Shown: positions 23,773 to 33,115, counted from the stretch's first letter. The stretch is DNA of 41,914 bases from a bacterium (GCA_043812555.1 JBDRLZ010000010.1:1-41914), one strand, 5' to 3'. The notes: generated from the sequence alone by a model not told the origin. Translations and numbers: made by a program.

Positions 23773-24285
23773 ATGTCTAAAAAAATTATTTTCGTTTTGT
23801 TAGCTCTTTTGGTTCTGCCATTAACTGCCTCAGCGCAGGAAGTTTATTTGTTTATGGGAGAGGGTTGTCCTCATTGCGCCAGCATGGAAGAATTCCTGAC
23901 TGAACTCAAGCAGGAGTATCCTCAAATTGAAATTCATGAATACGAAATTTGGTACAACGAGGAAAACCGCCAGATTGCCGAGCAAATGGCCCAGGAACGC
24001 GGCGTAGAAATTCAAGGAGTGCCAACGCTTTTTATCGGCGATGAAGTAATTATCGGCGATAGGCAAGACCAAGTCCGCTCCGCGGTTGAAAAATTAATTG
24101 CCCAAACGCCAGAAGACAGCAAGCAAGAAAAAAAGGCGCAAGCCGCGGCAATCAATACTTACGGCGCATGGGCTTTAATCGCTTTAATAGCCATTGGTCT
24201 TATTTGGGCGGTTTTAAGCTTAAAAAAACCACAACATGAACCAATTGCAAAAAACGAAGCAGGACTTTCCGAGCCTGAAGAGTAA
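23773..24285 (+). CDS. secreted, C-terminally membrane-anchored thioredoxin/glutaredoxin-like protein (CPHC)
   Basis: Start moved to ATG 23773, giving the signal peptide MSKKIIFVLLALLVLPLTASA. CPHC active site, cis-Pro context (GVPTLFIG) and a C-terminal TM helix (WALIALIAIGLIWAVL). Confidence 0.75.
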   Translation: MSKKIIFVLLALLVLPLTASAQEVYLFMGEGCPHCASMEEFLTELKQEYPQIEIHEYEIWYNEENRQIAEQMAQERGVEIQGVPTLFIGDEVIIGDRQDQVRSAVEKLIAQTPEDSKQEKKAQAAAINTYGAWALIALIAIGLIWAVLSLKKPQHEPIAKNEAGLSEPEE

Positions 24286-25369
24286 AATAATTTATTTTGA
24301 TTCAGCCTGCCAATCTCTGCGGCCAAAACAAGTTATTGAGGCAATAAAAGATTATTATGAAAATTATCCAGCCTGCGCTGGACGCAGTGCCCATAAATGG
24401 GGGCGCAAAGTAACAGAAAAAATTTGGCAAACTCGCCAGAAAATTGCCAAGTTTATTAACGCTAGAAAACCAGAAGAAATTATTTTCACGCGCAACACAA
24501 CTGAAAGCATTAACTTGGTCGCCTCTTGCTTAAAACCAAAAAAAGTTTTAACTACTGACAAAGAGCATAATTCTAATTTAATGCCCTGGCAGATTTTAAA
24601 TTGCGAACACAGAATCTGCAAATTTGATTTAACTGACTTTGTTGAAAAGTCACAGGGCGTTGATTTAATTTCAGTTGTTTATACTTCTAACCTTGACGGC
24701 GAAACAATTAACCTCAACAAAATTAAAAAAAACAATACCTTGCTTTTGGTTGACGGAGCCCAGGCAGTGCCGCATAAGAAAATCGATGTCCAAAAACTTG
24801 GCATTGATTTTTTAGCTTTTTCCGGGCATAAAATGCTCGGGCCTTCTGGAATCGGAGTTTTATACGCTAAAAAAGAACTTTTGGAGAAAATGCCGGTTTT
24901 TATGACTGGCGGGGAAACAGTCCGCTGGACAACTTATAATAAACATGAGCTTTTGCCGCCGCCGGAAAAATTTGAGGCTGGCTTGCAGAATTACGCAGGG
25001 ATTATTGGCTTAGGAACGGCCATTGATTATTTAGATAAAATTATCAACCAAATCACTGACTGCGAATTTGAGCTTAATAAGTTTGCCACAGAAGAACTAA
25101 AAAAACTGCCGGTTAAAATTCTAGGACCGGAAGACCCAAGCCAAAGAGGCAGTATTATTTCTTTTTATTCAGACAAAATGTCTTCGCATCAAATCGCTTT
25201 AATGCTCGACGAAATTGCTAATATCGCGGTTCGTTCGGGCCAATTCTGCTGTCACTCATGGTTTAACGCCAATAAAATAAAAGACGCTGTCCGCGCATCT
25301 TTTTATTTTTATAACAACGCAGAAGAAGTTAAAATTTTTATTGAAACATTAAAAAAAATTTTATATTAA
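24236..25369 (+). CDS. cysteine desulfurase / class V aminotransferase (SufS/NifS-like)
   Basis: FSGHKMLGPSGIGVLY (PLP-Lys), an N-terminal DFPSL...IYFDSACQS and Cys in RSGQFCCHSW. Overlaps the upstream ORF by 50 nt. Confidence 0.85.
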   Translation: MNQLQKTKQDFPSLKSKIIYFDSACQSLRPKQVIEAIKDYYENYPACAGRSAHKWGRKVTEKIWQTRQKIAKFINARKPEEIIFTRNTTESINLVASCLKPKKVLTTDKEHNSNLMPWQILNCEHRICKFDLTDFVEKSQGVDLISVVYTSNLDGETINLNKIKKNNTLLLVDGAQAVPHKKIDVQKLGIDFLAFSGHKMLGPSGIGVLYAKKELLEKMPVFMTGGETVRWTTYNKHELLPPPEKFEAGLQNYAGIIGLGTAIDYLDKIINQITDCEFELNKFATEELKKLPVKILGPEDPSQRGSIISFYSDKMSSHQIALMLDEIANIAVRSGQFCCHSWFNANKIKDAVRASFYFYNNAEEVKIFIETLKKILY

Positions 25370-25454
25370 CCCAAAAATATTGACAAAAAGAACAATTGAA
25401 ATAACTAATTGTTTAAGAATCAAAAAAGCAATTAGTAAATTACCAATGATTTTT

Positions 25455-26600
25455 CTAAAACTTTAATTTACTTATTCTTCTTAACGCTTCCTTGATTCTC
25501 TCTTCTGGTTGAAAAATAGTTGCCCTAACATAACCTTGGCCGCTGGGACCAAAGCCGGAACCGGGCGTGACAATAACATAAGCTTTACTTAATAATTTTT
25601 CAGCAAAACTTTTTGAAGTATAATTTTTTGGGATACTAATCCAGGCATAAGGCGTGTGTTCCAAGCCGAAAACCGGCAGACCTAATTTTTCAAAGCCGCT
25701 TTTTAAAATTTTGGCTCTTTGAGCATAAATTTTCATATTTTGCTTAACTATTTTCTCAACTTCAGGGCTTGTTAAAGCAATAACTCCTGCTTTTTGAATA
25801 TAATTAGAGCAGCCTGAATCCCGATTGTTTCTGAATTTCTTCCAATACTTAACTATCTCTAGATTTTTGGCGGCAAACCAACTTAATCTGTAGCCAGTCA
25901 TACTATAGGGTTTGGAAAAAGAACTAAATTCAAGAGCAATATCTTTGCTTCCAGCAATACTGAAAATGCTTGGCGCTGTTCGCGGCCCAAAATCAGCATA
26001 AGCAATATCAAAAACCAAAAAAGCTTTAATCTGTTGCAATTTTTTGATTAAATTTTTTAAATATTTTTTGGGAGCAATAGCGCCAGTTGGATTATTAGGA
26101 TAACAAAGATAAACCAGACTAATGCTTTTGTCCAAATTATCAAAATCAGGCAAAAAATTATTTTCTTTGGTACAAGCTAGATATTTTATTTTTCTGTTTT
26201 CAAATAAAATTGAATTTTCATAAACCGGATAAGCTGGATCCTGGATAGCAATTAAATCCCCCGGGTTGCTAAAAACTCTAATCGCATCAAACAAATCGGT
26301 TTTTGCGCCAAAGCTGATTAAAATATTCTCTGCCGGCATATTAACTTTAAATCTCTTTTGGTAATACTGCGACAGAGTTTGTCTTAATTCTAACAGGCCT
26401 TCAGAATCAGGATATTTATGATATTTTTCAAGAACTTCTTTGGCCATTGCTTCTCGGATTGGTCTTGGCGTTTCTAAATCAGGATCGCCAATTGCCAAGG
26501 CAATTACATCTTTGCCTTGTTTGATTAACTCATTTTTTTTGAGAACTAATCCTTGAAATAAATAATTTTCTGGTAGCTTTTTGAAATTTTGATTAATCAT
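25455..26600 (-). CDS. class I/II aminotransferase, probably LL-diaminopimelate aminotransferase
   Basis: PLP-Lys motif SFSKPYSMTGYR and NPTG. It is translationally coupled (8-nt overlap) to dapF. Confidence 0.7.
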   Translation of the reverse strand: MINQNFKKLPENYLFQGLVLKKNELIKQGKDVIALAIGDPDLETPRPIREAMAKEVLEKYHKYPDSEGLLELRQTLSQYYQKRFKVNMPAENILISFGAKTDLFDAIRVFSNPGDLIAIQDPAYPVYENSILFENRKIKYLACTKENNFLPDFDNLDKSISLVYLCYPNNPTGAIAPKKYLKNLIKKLQQIKAFLVFDIAYADFGPRTAPSIFSIAGSKDIALEFSSFSKPYSMTGYRLSWFAAKNLEIVKYWKKFRNNRDSGCSNYIQKAGVIALTSPEVEKIVKQNMKIYAQRAKILKSGFEKLGLPVFGLEHTPYAWISIPKNYTSKSFAEKLLSKAYVIVTPGSGFGPSGQGYVRATIFQPEERIKEALRRISKLKF

Positions 26601-27324
26601 ATTTTACTTCTCCCTCAAAAATTTTCTTTGCTGATCCGGTCATATAAATATTATCTTTGATCTCAATTTTTAATTTACCGCCAGGCAAGTGGACATTAAC
26701 TTTATTTTGAGTTTTCTTTTTTAGAAAACTTGCAAAAGCTACGGCGCAAGCACCAGTGCCGCAAGCCAGAGTTGCTCCAGCGCCGCGTTCCCAAACTTTA
26801 ACCTCTAAATTATTTTTATCAATTACTTTAACAAATTCAACATTGGTCTTTTTGGGAAATAATTTAATATTGTTCTCAATCTCTTGACCCTTCTTTTGCC
26901 AATTAAAATCAAAATTTCGAACAAATAAAACCGCATGAGGATTGCCCAGAGAGATTGCTGTTATCTGGCCAAAATTACCAAGATGTTTGGGTTCGCCCAT
27001 ATTAACCTCAACTAAATTATTCTTTAATTTTGTCTCAATTATGCCAGCCAGCGTTTCTACTCTGATTGATTTTTTGTTCATATATTTTGCCAAGCATCTT
27101 ATGGCATTGCCGCACATTTCAGCTTCAGAGCCATCAGGATTAAAAATGCGCATCTGGCAATCTCCTTTCGTGCCAGGCAAAATTAAAATTAGTCCATCAG
27201 CGCCAATACCAAAATGCCGGTCACATAATTTTTTAGACAAAAAAGAAGGGTTTTTGATTTTCCCCTCCAAATCACCAACTAAAACAAAGTCGTTGCCTAA
27301 TCCGTGCCATTTTTGAAATTTCAT
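26593..27324 (-). CDS. dapF: diaminopimelate epimerase
   Basis: GLGNDF plus both catalytic Cys motifs (MCGNAIRC; ACGTGACA). Confidence 0.9.
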   Translation of the reverse strand: MKFQKWHGLGNDFVLVGDLEGKIKNPSFLSKKLCDRHFGIGADGLILILPGTKGDCQMRIFNPDGSEAEMCGNAIRCLAKYMNKKSIRVETLAGIIETKLKNNLVEVNMGEPKHLGNFGQITAISLGNPHAVLFVRNFDFNWQKKGQEIENNIKLFPKKTNVEFVKVIDKNNLEVKVWERGAGATLACGTGACAVAFASFLKKKTQNKVNVHLPGGKLKIEIKDNIYMTGSAKKIFEGEVKYD

Positions 27325-27332
27325 TAAGAGTA

Positions 27333-27361
27333 ATTATAAAATAAAAATAACAGAGGGTCAA
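27333..27361 (-). promoter_or_regulatory. sigma70-type promoter (TTGACC-17-TATAAT) placed 8 nt from the dapF ATG (leaderless)
   Basis: Minus strand: TTGACC (27361-27356), TATAAT (27338-27333), ATG at 27324. No SD. Confidence 0.6.
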
Positions 27362-27481
27362 TGGATTGTTAGGCTAATATACCTATTGAAATTTTGTCAA
27401 GGCTAAAAGCTAATTTTATTTTTAAATTTGTTTAAAATTTAATATTATGCTATTATATGGATAAAGTAAGAATAAAACAAA

Positions 27482-28180
27482 ATGGCTAAACTAATTTTTG
27501 ATATTGAAACAATTGGCGAAGCTTTTGACGAACTTGACGAAACAACTCAAGGAGTCTTGACTCGCTGGATCAAAAAAGAGTCTAAAGACGATGAAGAATA
27601 CCAAGCTCGGCTTGAAGATTTAAAGCAAGGCCTTGGCTTTTCGCCTTTAACAGGCGAAATAGCGGCTATCGGCGTTCTGGATTATGACAAAAGCCAAGGA
27701 GCTGTTTTGTACCAGGCGCCTGGTGAAAAAAATAAAGACATAGAAGAAGAAAAAACAAAGTTCAAACAGATGACTGAAAAGCAAATGCTTGAAAATTTCT
27801 GGTCAGGAGCAAAAGAATACAAAGAACTTATTAGTTTTAACGGACGAGCTTTTGATGTGCCTTTTTTAATGATAAGGTCGGCAATTTATAAAGTTAAGCC
27901 GAGTATAAATTTAATGCCTTATCGCTATGCCCAAAACACTAATCATATAGATTTGCTGGATCAATTAACTTTTTTCGGCGCAATGCAAAAAAAAGGCACT
28001 CTCCATTTGTGGTGCCGGGCATTTGGCATTAAAAGCCCAAAGATTGACGGCGTAAGCGGCGATGATGTTGCTTTGCTTTTTAAGCAAAAAAAATATTTGG
28101 ATATTGCTAAATACAACAGCCGCGACCTAGAAGCAACTAAAGAACTTTATGATTATTGGCAAAGATATTTGAGATTTTAA
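27482..28180 (+). CDS. RNase H-fold 3'-5' exonuclease (PolB-exonuclease-like family)
   Basis: Exo motifs FDIETIG, ISFNGRAFDVPFL and YNSRDLEATKELY. Confidence 0.7.
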   Translation: MAKLIFDIETIGEAFDELDETTQGVLTRWIKKESKDDEEYQARLEDLKQGLGFSPLTGEIAAIGVLDYDKSQGAVLYQAPGEKNKDIEEEKTKFKQMTEKQMLENFWSGAKEYKELISFNGRAFDVPFLMIRSAIYKVKPSINLMPYRYAQNTNHIDLLDQLTFFGAMQKKGTLHLWCRAFGIKSPKIDGVSGDDVALLFKQKKYLDIAKYNSRDLEATKELYDYWQRYLRF

Positions 28181-29307
28181 TTTTTAATTGGCATAATCAG
28201 ATAAAGATAATCTTTGTCTTTCGGTCTTTTGCCTGGTTCGGTAAATGGCTTTAATAAAGCTGGTGTTTTGTCGTCATTAATACCCAACTCAACAACATCA
28301 GTCAAAATATTCTGCAAGCCGTCAAGCAAATAACGATAATTAAAAATAATTGTATTTTGCGAGCCATTAAGTTTGATTTTAACTTGCGAAACATTACTGC
28401 CTTTGTCGTCAGATTCTGCTTTAATTTCCAAAACAGCATTGCGTCCTGTGTTTTTAAAAGATAACTTAATTTCATCTGTTCTGCCGGCAAAAAGCGAAGC
28501 AGATTTTACAGCGCTTAATAATTCGCTGGTTGAAGCTATGGCTTGTGTTTTTGATTTCTTAGGAATAATCTGTTCGTAATCAGGATACTGGCCTTCAATC
28601 AAACGGGAAACAAGATTAATATTATCAAGCTTGAAAAGAACTTGATTTTCGCCCAGAACAATTTCCACCTCTCCTTCCTGCTCGCCAAAAACCCTAATTA
28701 GCTCATAAATAGTTCTGCTCGGCACAATAATCGAAATAGGCTGGCCGAGTTTCTTATTGGTATTTTGAATTCTTTTTTCAGCTAACCGATAACTATCAGT
28801 TGCCGCAATCTTTATTTCCTGATTACTAAAACAAATAAAGACTCCTGATATTTCAGGCCTGGTTTGAGAAACAGCTGTTGCTGGAGTTACTTGGCTGAAG
28901 GCCCGGTATAAGACAGGAATCGGCAAACTAACTAGTGGTTTTTCTTTAATTTTAGGAATCAAGGGAAAGTCTTTAGAGCTTAAGCCCTTAATACTTGCTT
29001 TAAACGACTCGCATTTGAGATTTAAATTATTTCCGCGGCCTAAAATATCGATTTTCTTGTTTGGCAGAGAATTAACAAAACTGCTTAAAAGCCGAGCTGG
29101 TATTGTTATGCTGCCATGTGTCTGAATTTGAGCTCCAAGCCAGTAAATAATGCCAATTTCTAAATCAGTGGCTGAAAGCTTTAAACGGCCTTTATCAGTT
29201 TCTAAAAGAATATTCGCTAAAATTGGCAAAGTACTTGTCTTTGAAATTGCTTTTTCTGTTATGTTTAAGGCTTTGTTAAAATTTGTTTGCATGCAAGATA
29301 GTTTCAT
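28177..29307 (-). CDS. dnaN: DNA polymerase III subunit beta (sliding clamp)
   Basis: 376 aa. Typical N-terminus (L..ANILLETDKGRLKLSATDLEIGI) and PDYEQIIP motif. Directly downstream of dnaA. Confidence 0.92.
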   Translation of the reverse strand: MKLSCMQTNFNKALNITEKAISKTSTLPILANILLETDKGRLKLSATDLEIGIIYWLGAQIQTHGSITIPARLLSSFVNSLPNKKIDILGRGNNLNLKCESFKASIKGLSSKDFPLIPKIKEKPLVSLPIPVLYRAFSQVTPATAVSQTRPEISGVFICFSNQEIKIAATDSYRLAEKRIQNTNKKLGQPISIIVPSRTIYELIRVFGEQEGEVEIVLGENQVLFKLDNINLVSRLIEGQYPDYEQIIPKKSKTQAIASTSELLSAVKSASLFAGRTDEIKLSFKNTGRNAVLEIKAESDDKGSNVSQVKIKLNGSQNTIIFNYRYLLDGLQNILTDVVELGINDDKTPALLKPFTEPGKRPKDKDYLYLIMPIKN

Positions 29308-29348
29308 AATTTTTTTAATTAATAATATAGTAGTATTAGTAGAGGCTG

Positions 29349-30704
29349 TTAATTTGTGTATAACTTTTCTTTTATTAAATTAATTTCCTGTTCCAGAGAC
29401 TCATTTTTGAGCATTTCTTTTTTTATTTTTTTATAAGCGTGGATAGCGGTTGTGTGATCTCTTTGACCTAATTCCTGACCAATGCTCGGATAAGAAGTAT
29501 TCAACTCGCTGCGCATTAAATACATAGCAATCTGGCGTGGTTTGACAATATCTCTTTGCCGGCTTCTTTTTGACAAGTCTTTTATGTGGATATCATAGAA
29601 TTCAGCAACTTTCTTAGTTATTTGTTTTGTTGTTATAATCTTGGAACGGGGTTTAGAAACAATAGAACTCAGCATTTTGATAGCTTCGTTAAGCTTGGGC
29701 AGGCTGTTGTGAATCTGGGAATAAGCCAGAATGCAATTAAGAGCGCCTTCAAGTTCACGAATATTGTCTTGAACATTAGCAGCGATATATTCAAGAATCT
29801 TATTATCCAAATTTATTTTTCTCTCTCCTGTTTTTTTTCTTATAATAGCCAGCCTTGTTTCAAAATCAGGCGTGCTAATATCAGCAATCATCCCGCCCTC
29901 AAACCTTGAGCGCAGACGCTCCTCTAGTGTTCTGATCGCTTTTGGCGGCCGGTCTGAAGAAATAACTATTTGTTTATTGTCATTATAAAGGGCGTTAAAT
30001 GTGTGGAAAAATTCTTCTTGGGTTGTTTCTTTGCCGCTGATAAACTGAATATCATCAATAAGCAGAATATCGGTTTGCCTGTAAATTTCTTTAAAATTTT
30101 TTGTTTGCTTGTGCTGGATAGCGTCAACTAATTCGTTTGTAAATCTTTCAGATGGGACATAGCTAACTCTTTTTTTAGGGCCTTGCCGGGCAAGTTCGTT
30201 ACCGATTGCCTGCAAAAGATGGGTTTTGCCGAGCCCGACTCCGCCGTAAATAAAAAGAGGATTATAGCTTTTACCTAGATTTTTACAGACTGCCAAGCTG
30301 GCTGCATAAGCTATTTCATTAAAATGTCCAACAATAAAGTTGTCAAAAGTATAACGATGGTTGAGGCTGATATTCGGGATATTTGATGCGAGCGTGTCTT
30401 GAGTAATTTCTGTTTTTTTCTCTTCGGCGATAAAAGTTCTTGGCCGGCCAATCGCATATTTTATTTCTCTAATATCTGGGTAAAACTTTTGGATAACTCT
30501 GAGGATAAGCTTGTGATATTTATTCTCGAGCCATTCTTTGGTAAAACCATTGGGCACAGAAATTAAAATTTCTTTTTTGTCCTGCTCTTCTATGGATGTG
30601 TCTTTGAACCAAGTAACAAAGTTAGCGCTTGAAACCTGCAATTCCAGTTCACCCAAGATTGTTTGCCAAAGCTCTTTGTTGTTCATTAATAAATATTTTA
30701 TCAT
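29349..30704 (-). CDS. dnaA: chromosomal replication initiator protein DnaA
   Basis: Walker A (GGVGLGKTHLL), Walker B (LLIDDIQF), sensor motifs, and a domain IV DNA-binding signature (RDHTTAIHAY). The start could also be the Met at 30686. Confidence 0.95.
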   Translation of the reverse strand: MIKYLLMNNKELWQTILGELELQVSSANFVTWFKDTSIEEQDKKEILISVPNGFTKEWLENKYHKLILRVIQKFYPDIREIKYAIGRPRTFIAEEKKTEITQDTLASNIPNISLNHRYTFDNFIVGHFNEIAYAASLAVCKNLGKSYNPLFIYGGVGLGKTHLLQAIGNELARQGPKKRVSYVPSERFTNELVDAIQHKQTKNFKEIYRQTDILLIDDIQFISGKETTQEEFFHTFNALYNDNKQIVISSDRPPKAIRTLEERLRSRFEGGMIADISTPDFETRLAIIRKKTGERKINLDNKILEYIAANVQDNIRELEGALNCILAYSQIHNSLPKLNEAIKMLSSIVSKPRSKIITTKQITKKVAEFYDIHIKDLSKRSRQRDIVKPRQIAMYLMRSELNTSYPSIGQELGQRDHTTAIHAYKKIKKEMLKNESLEQEINLIKEKLYTN

Positions 30705-30732
30705 AAATTTTTAAAATAGCAAATTTTGCTTT

Positions 30733-30763
30733 TGTGTTTAAGCTGTTGATGAAATGTGAATAA
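30733..30763. promoter_or_regulatory. two relaxed DnaA-box-like 9-mers upstream of dnaA
   Basis: TGTGAATAA (30755-30763, reverse complement TTATTCACA) fits TTATNCACA. TGTGTTTAA (30733-30741) has one mismatch. Confidence 0.3.
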
Positions 30764-30784
30764 GGCCGTTAGATGGCTAAAACA

Positions 30785-30820
30785 CTTTACAAATTTAATG
30801 AGGTATGGTAGGGTGAAAAT
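30785..30820 (+). promoter_or_regulatory. promoter/operator-like element, copy 1 (TTTACA-17-TAGGGT with TGn extension)
   Basis: CTTTACAAATTTaatgAGGTaTGGTAGGGTGAAAAT. 31 of 36 nt are identical to 36383-36418. Confidence 0.55.
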
Positions 30821-30887
30821 GCTAGTATTTGCTAGCGTTTTTAAATTTCAGCAGTTCTTTGAAAACTTAAAAAGGGAGGTTGTGGAA

Positions 30888-31850
30888 GTGCTTTATTCAG
30901 ACGAACAAAGGTTTTGCAGTTATTGTATTAATCCGGCAGATTTAGGAGTTTTAAACCCAACCACAGGCAAGATATTAAATTTCCATTCTGGTAATGACGA
31001 TTTATTTTGTGAAATTTGTTATGAGATATTTAGAGATAATAAATTTCCAGAAAGGTCGTATTTTGACCAGGAATGGAATGATTATTTGTCAGCTCGTCCC
31101 AAATTATTATTTGCTTATTCTGGTGGCTTGGATAGCACCGTAGTTTTAGCTCTTCTGGTAGAGTCGTGCAGGCAAAAAAATATTGATTTGGAAATATTCA
31201 CTATCAAAACTGGGGTTAAGGGGAGCAAAACTCATAATAATATTGATGCTGTGCTTAATTGGCTTAATATAAGAGATAATCATTTTTATGTTGATATTCA
31301 AGATGAAAATCAAGACAGTGGGGTTTCAACATTGAATGTTTATTTGCAATGCTTTAAAGCAGGCATATTGCCTTGCGGCAAGATATGCAATTCAATAATA
31401 GACCATGTATATCAGAGTATAATGCAAGAGCGCGGACATAAAGAGTTGATAACTGGCGGAGACACTCCAAAGCTTAATAAATTCAGAAAATATTCTTTAT
31501 TTTGGGAAAAATCAAATGGATTGGTTGTTGTTCGAGGGGGCTATGCGTTTAATCTTTCAAAAAAGTTTAACAGAGACTTTGTTGAAGAGCATAATATTCC
31601 GTGGATTAATCCTGAATGCGGCGGATATGACACTGATTGTTTGGTGCCAGGAGCTTTTTTTAGGAGAAAACTGCAAGGAAATAGAAAGATTTCTCTAAAA
31701 AAAGTGATTTCTGAATTTCCAATTATTTTGGATTATTTAGCGGAAAGGGCGAGATTTGGAGTTTATGATCGAAATGAAGCTTTATTTTTACTGACCCATG
31801 TTGATATTGCGAGCCTGTCCTCATATGAGGAATTTAATCAGATATCTTAA
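30888..31850 (+). CDS. PP-loop (adenine nucleotide alpha-hydrolase) ATPase with an N-terminal CxxC...CxxC zinc ribbon
   Basis: SGGLDST PP-loop, N-terminal CSYC-x27-CEIC and an internal PCGKICNS. I chose GTG 30888 as the start because AGGGAGG lies 8 nt upstream. In-frame ATG 30819 and GTG 30756 are alternatives. Confidence 0.75.
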   Translation: MLYSDEQRFCSYCINPADLGVLNPTTGKILNFHSGNDDLFCEICYEIFRDNKFPERSYFDQEWNDYLSARPKLLFAYSGGLDSTVVLALLVESCRQKNIDLEIFTIKTGVKGSKTHNNIDAVLNWLNIRDNHFYVDIQDENQDSGVSTLNVYLQCFKAGILPCGKICNSIIDHVYQSIMQERGHKELITGGDTPKLNKFRKYSLFWEKSNGLVVVRGGYAFNLSKKFNRDFVEEHNIPWINPECGGYDTDCLVPGAFFRRKLQGNRKISLKKVISEFPIILDYLAERARFGVYDRNEALFLLTHVDIASLSSYEEFNQIS

Positions 31851-31864
31851 AGGAGTTGATATTA

Positions 31865-33115
31865 ATGGAAGCAAAGCTGTTGCATCATCTAGGCGTTCCT
31901 TGCATTGCTTCAATAAGAGATTTTGATAAAAATCCATATCAAGAAGATAAAATTTTTTATCTAAACCCCGAAGCTATCATTCGGTATGAACCAGAAGGAG
32001 CAACAATAATACCGCCAATGTTCTATTCTTCTTTTCTTTGGGTTGATGAAGATTTGGCAAATTTATTAAAAAGAAAAGGAGTTCAAGCAAAAGGTGTTCC
32101 ACGGGGAGCAATTTCTCTTTTACTAGAAAACAAGGTTATTTTAGAGAATCAATCCAGTAGGTCATTTAGAGAATTTCATGTTGATGTCAGTGGTTTACCA
32201 ACGCAAGTCCTTCTTGATGTCACTTCTGCATGCACTTGCAACTGCGTTGCCTGTTATCATACTAAGGATTTAATCGGGCATATGCCCTCTATTGAAGACC
32301 TTAAAAGAAGAATCGCAAAGCTAAGGCAGTTAGGGTTAGGATTATTTGAGGTTACGGGCGGAGAGCCATTTCTCAGAGATGATTTGAATTTAATACTAAG
32401 TTATATTTATGATCTGGGATTGCATTTCTATGTGGTCACAAACGGCGAATTATTAACCAGCATAAAGCCAGAAATGATTAATATTTTAAAGCGCGGCTTG
32501 GGAGTTGCAGTTAGCTTGGACGGAGTCGGGGCTTTGCATGACGGCATCAGACAAAATCCTGGTTTGTATGATAAACTAATAAGAGGTTTGGACTTGCTTT
32601 TTTTAGAAGGAATACAAATTTATTTAATTTCAACTATTAATGAGATTAATATAGGTTGTATTTCAGAAATGATACAAGTTGCCAAGAAATACGAAACAAC
32701 ACTGCATATCCGTCCGACTATCAGGACTGGGAACGCATTGATTAATAATTTAGGAAGTGTTGATTTGCGGGAGCAACTCCAGCCATTTTTAAGAGACGAG
32801 AATGTTAGAAATGGTTTGCTTAGCACTAAAAAAAGCATACCGCTAGCCAAGTATTATGGTTGTGGTATAAGAAAGAGAATTTCTGTCAACAGCAAAGGAT
32901 TGCTATATCCTTGTGTTATGGACAGAGATAGCAGTTGTGATAATATTAAAAATTACACAAGAGAAAATTTAGTAAAAACTTTAAAAACCGAAACAAGCTA
33001 TTTTCTTGATGCACACAATAAATGCCGAGAATGTGGGGTGAACCAAAAACAAGATATAGTTTGCGGAGGATTTTGCAGGTTTTCTAATTCTTATGCAAAA
33101 GGAATAAAGCCATGA
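31865..33115 (+). CDS. radical SAM/SPASM peptide-maturase-like enzyme 1, with a ~110-aa N-terminal extension (possible fused RRE)
   Basis: CTCNCVAC (CxxxCxxC). C-terminal Cys motifs (GCGIRKRISVNSKGLLYPC...CRECG...CGGFC). Start at ATG 31865, 9 nt after AAGGAG. Confidence 0.85.
   Translation: MEAKLLHHLGVPCIASIRDFDKNPYQEDKIFYLNPEAIIRYEPEGATIIPPMFYSSFLWVDEDLANLLKRKGVQAKGVPRGAISLLLENKVILENQSSRSFREFHVDVSGLPTQVLLDVTSACTCNCVACYHTKDLIGHMPSIEDLKRRIAKLRQLGLGLFEVTGGEPFLRDDLNLILSYIYDLGLHFYVVTNGELLTSIKPEMINILKRGLGVAVSLDGVGALHDGIRQNPGLYDKLIRGLDLLFLEGIQIYLISTINEINIGCISEMIQVAKKYETTLHIRPTIRTGNALINNLGSVDLREQLQPFLRDENVRNGLLSTKKSIPLAKYYGCGIRKRISVNSKGLLYPCVMDRDSSCDNIKNYTRENLVKTLKTETSYFLDAHNKCRECGVNQKQDIVCGGFCRFSNSYAKGIKP

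Noticed and set aside
29308-29348. dnaA-dnaN intergenic spacer as oriC
   Set aside because: It is only 41 nt and AT-rich, with no DnaA-box-like 9-mers. The nearby TTATACACA (about 29352-29360) lies within the dnaA coding end.
30756-30887. Upstream extension of the PP-loop gene (GTG 30756 or ATG 30819) as given in the ORF track
   Set aside because: The extension contains the duplicated promoter-like element and adds no recognisable domain. A strong SD (AGGGAGG) precedes GTG 30888. Not fully excluded: the frame is open and in phase, so N-terminal proteomics or TSS mapping is needed.
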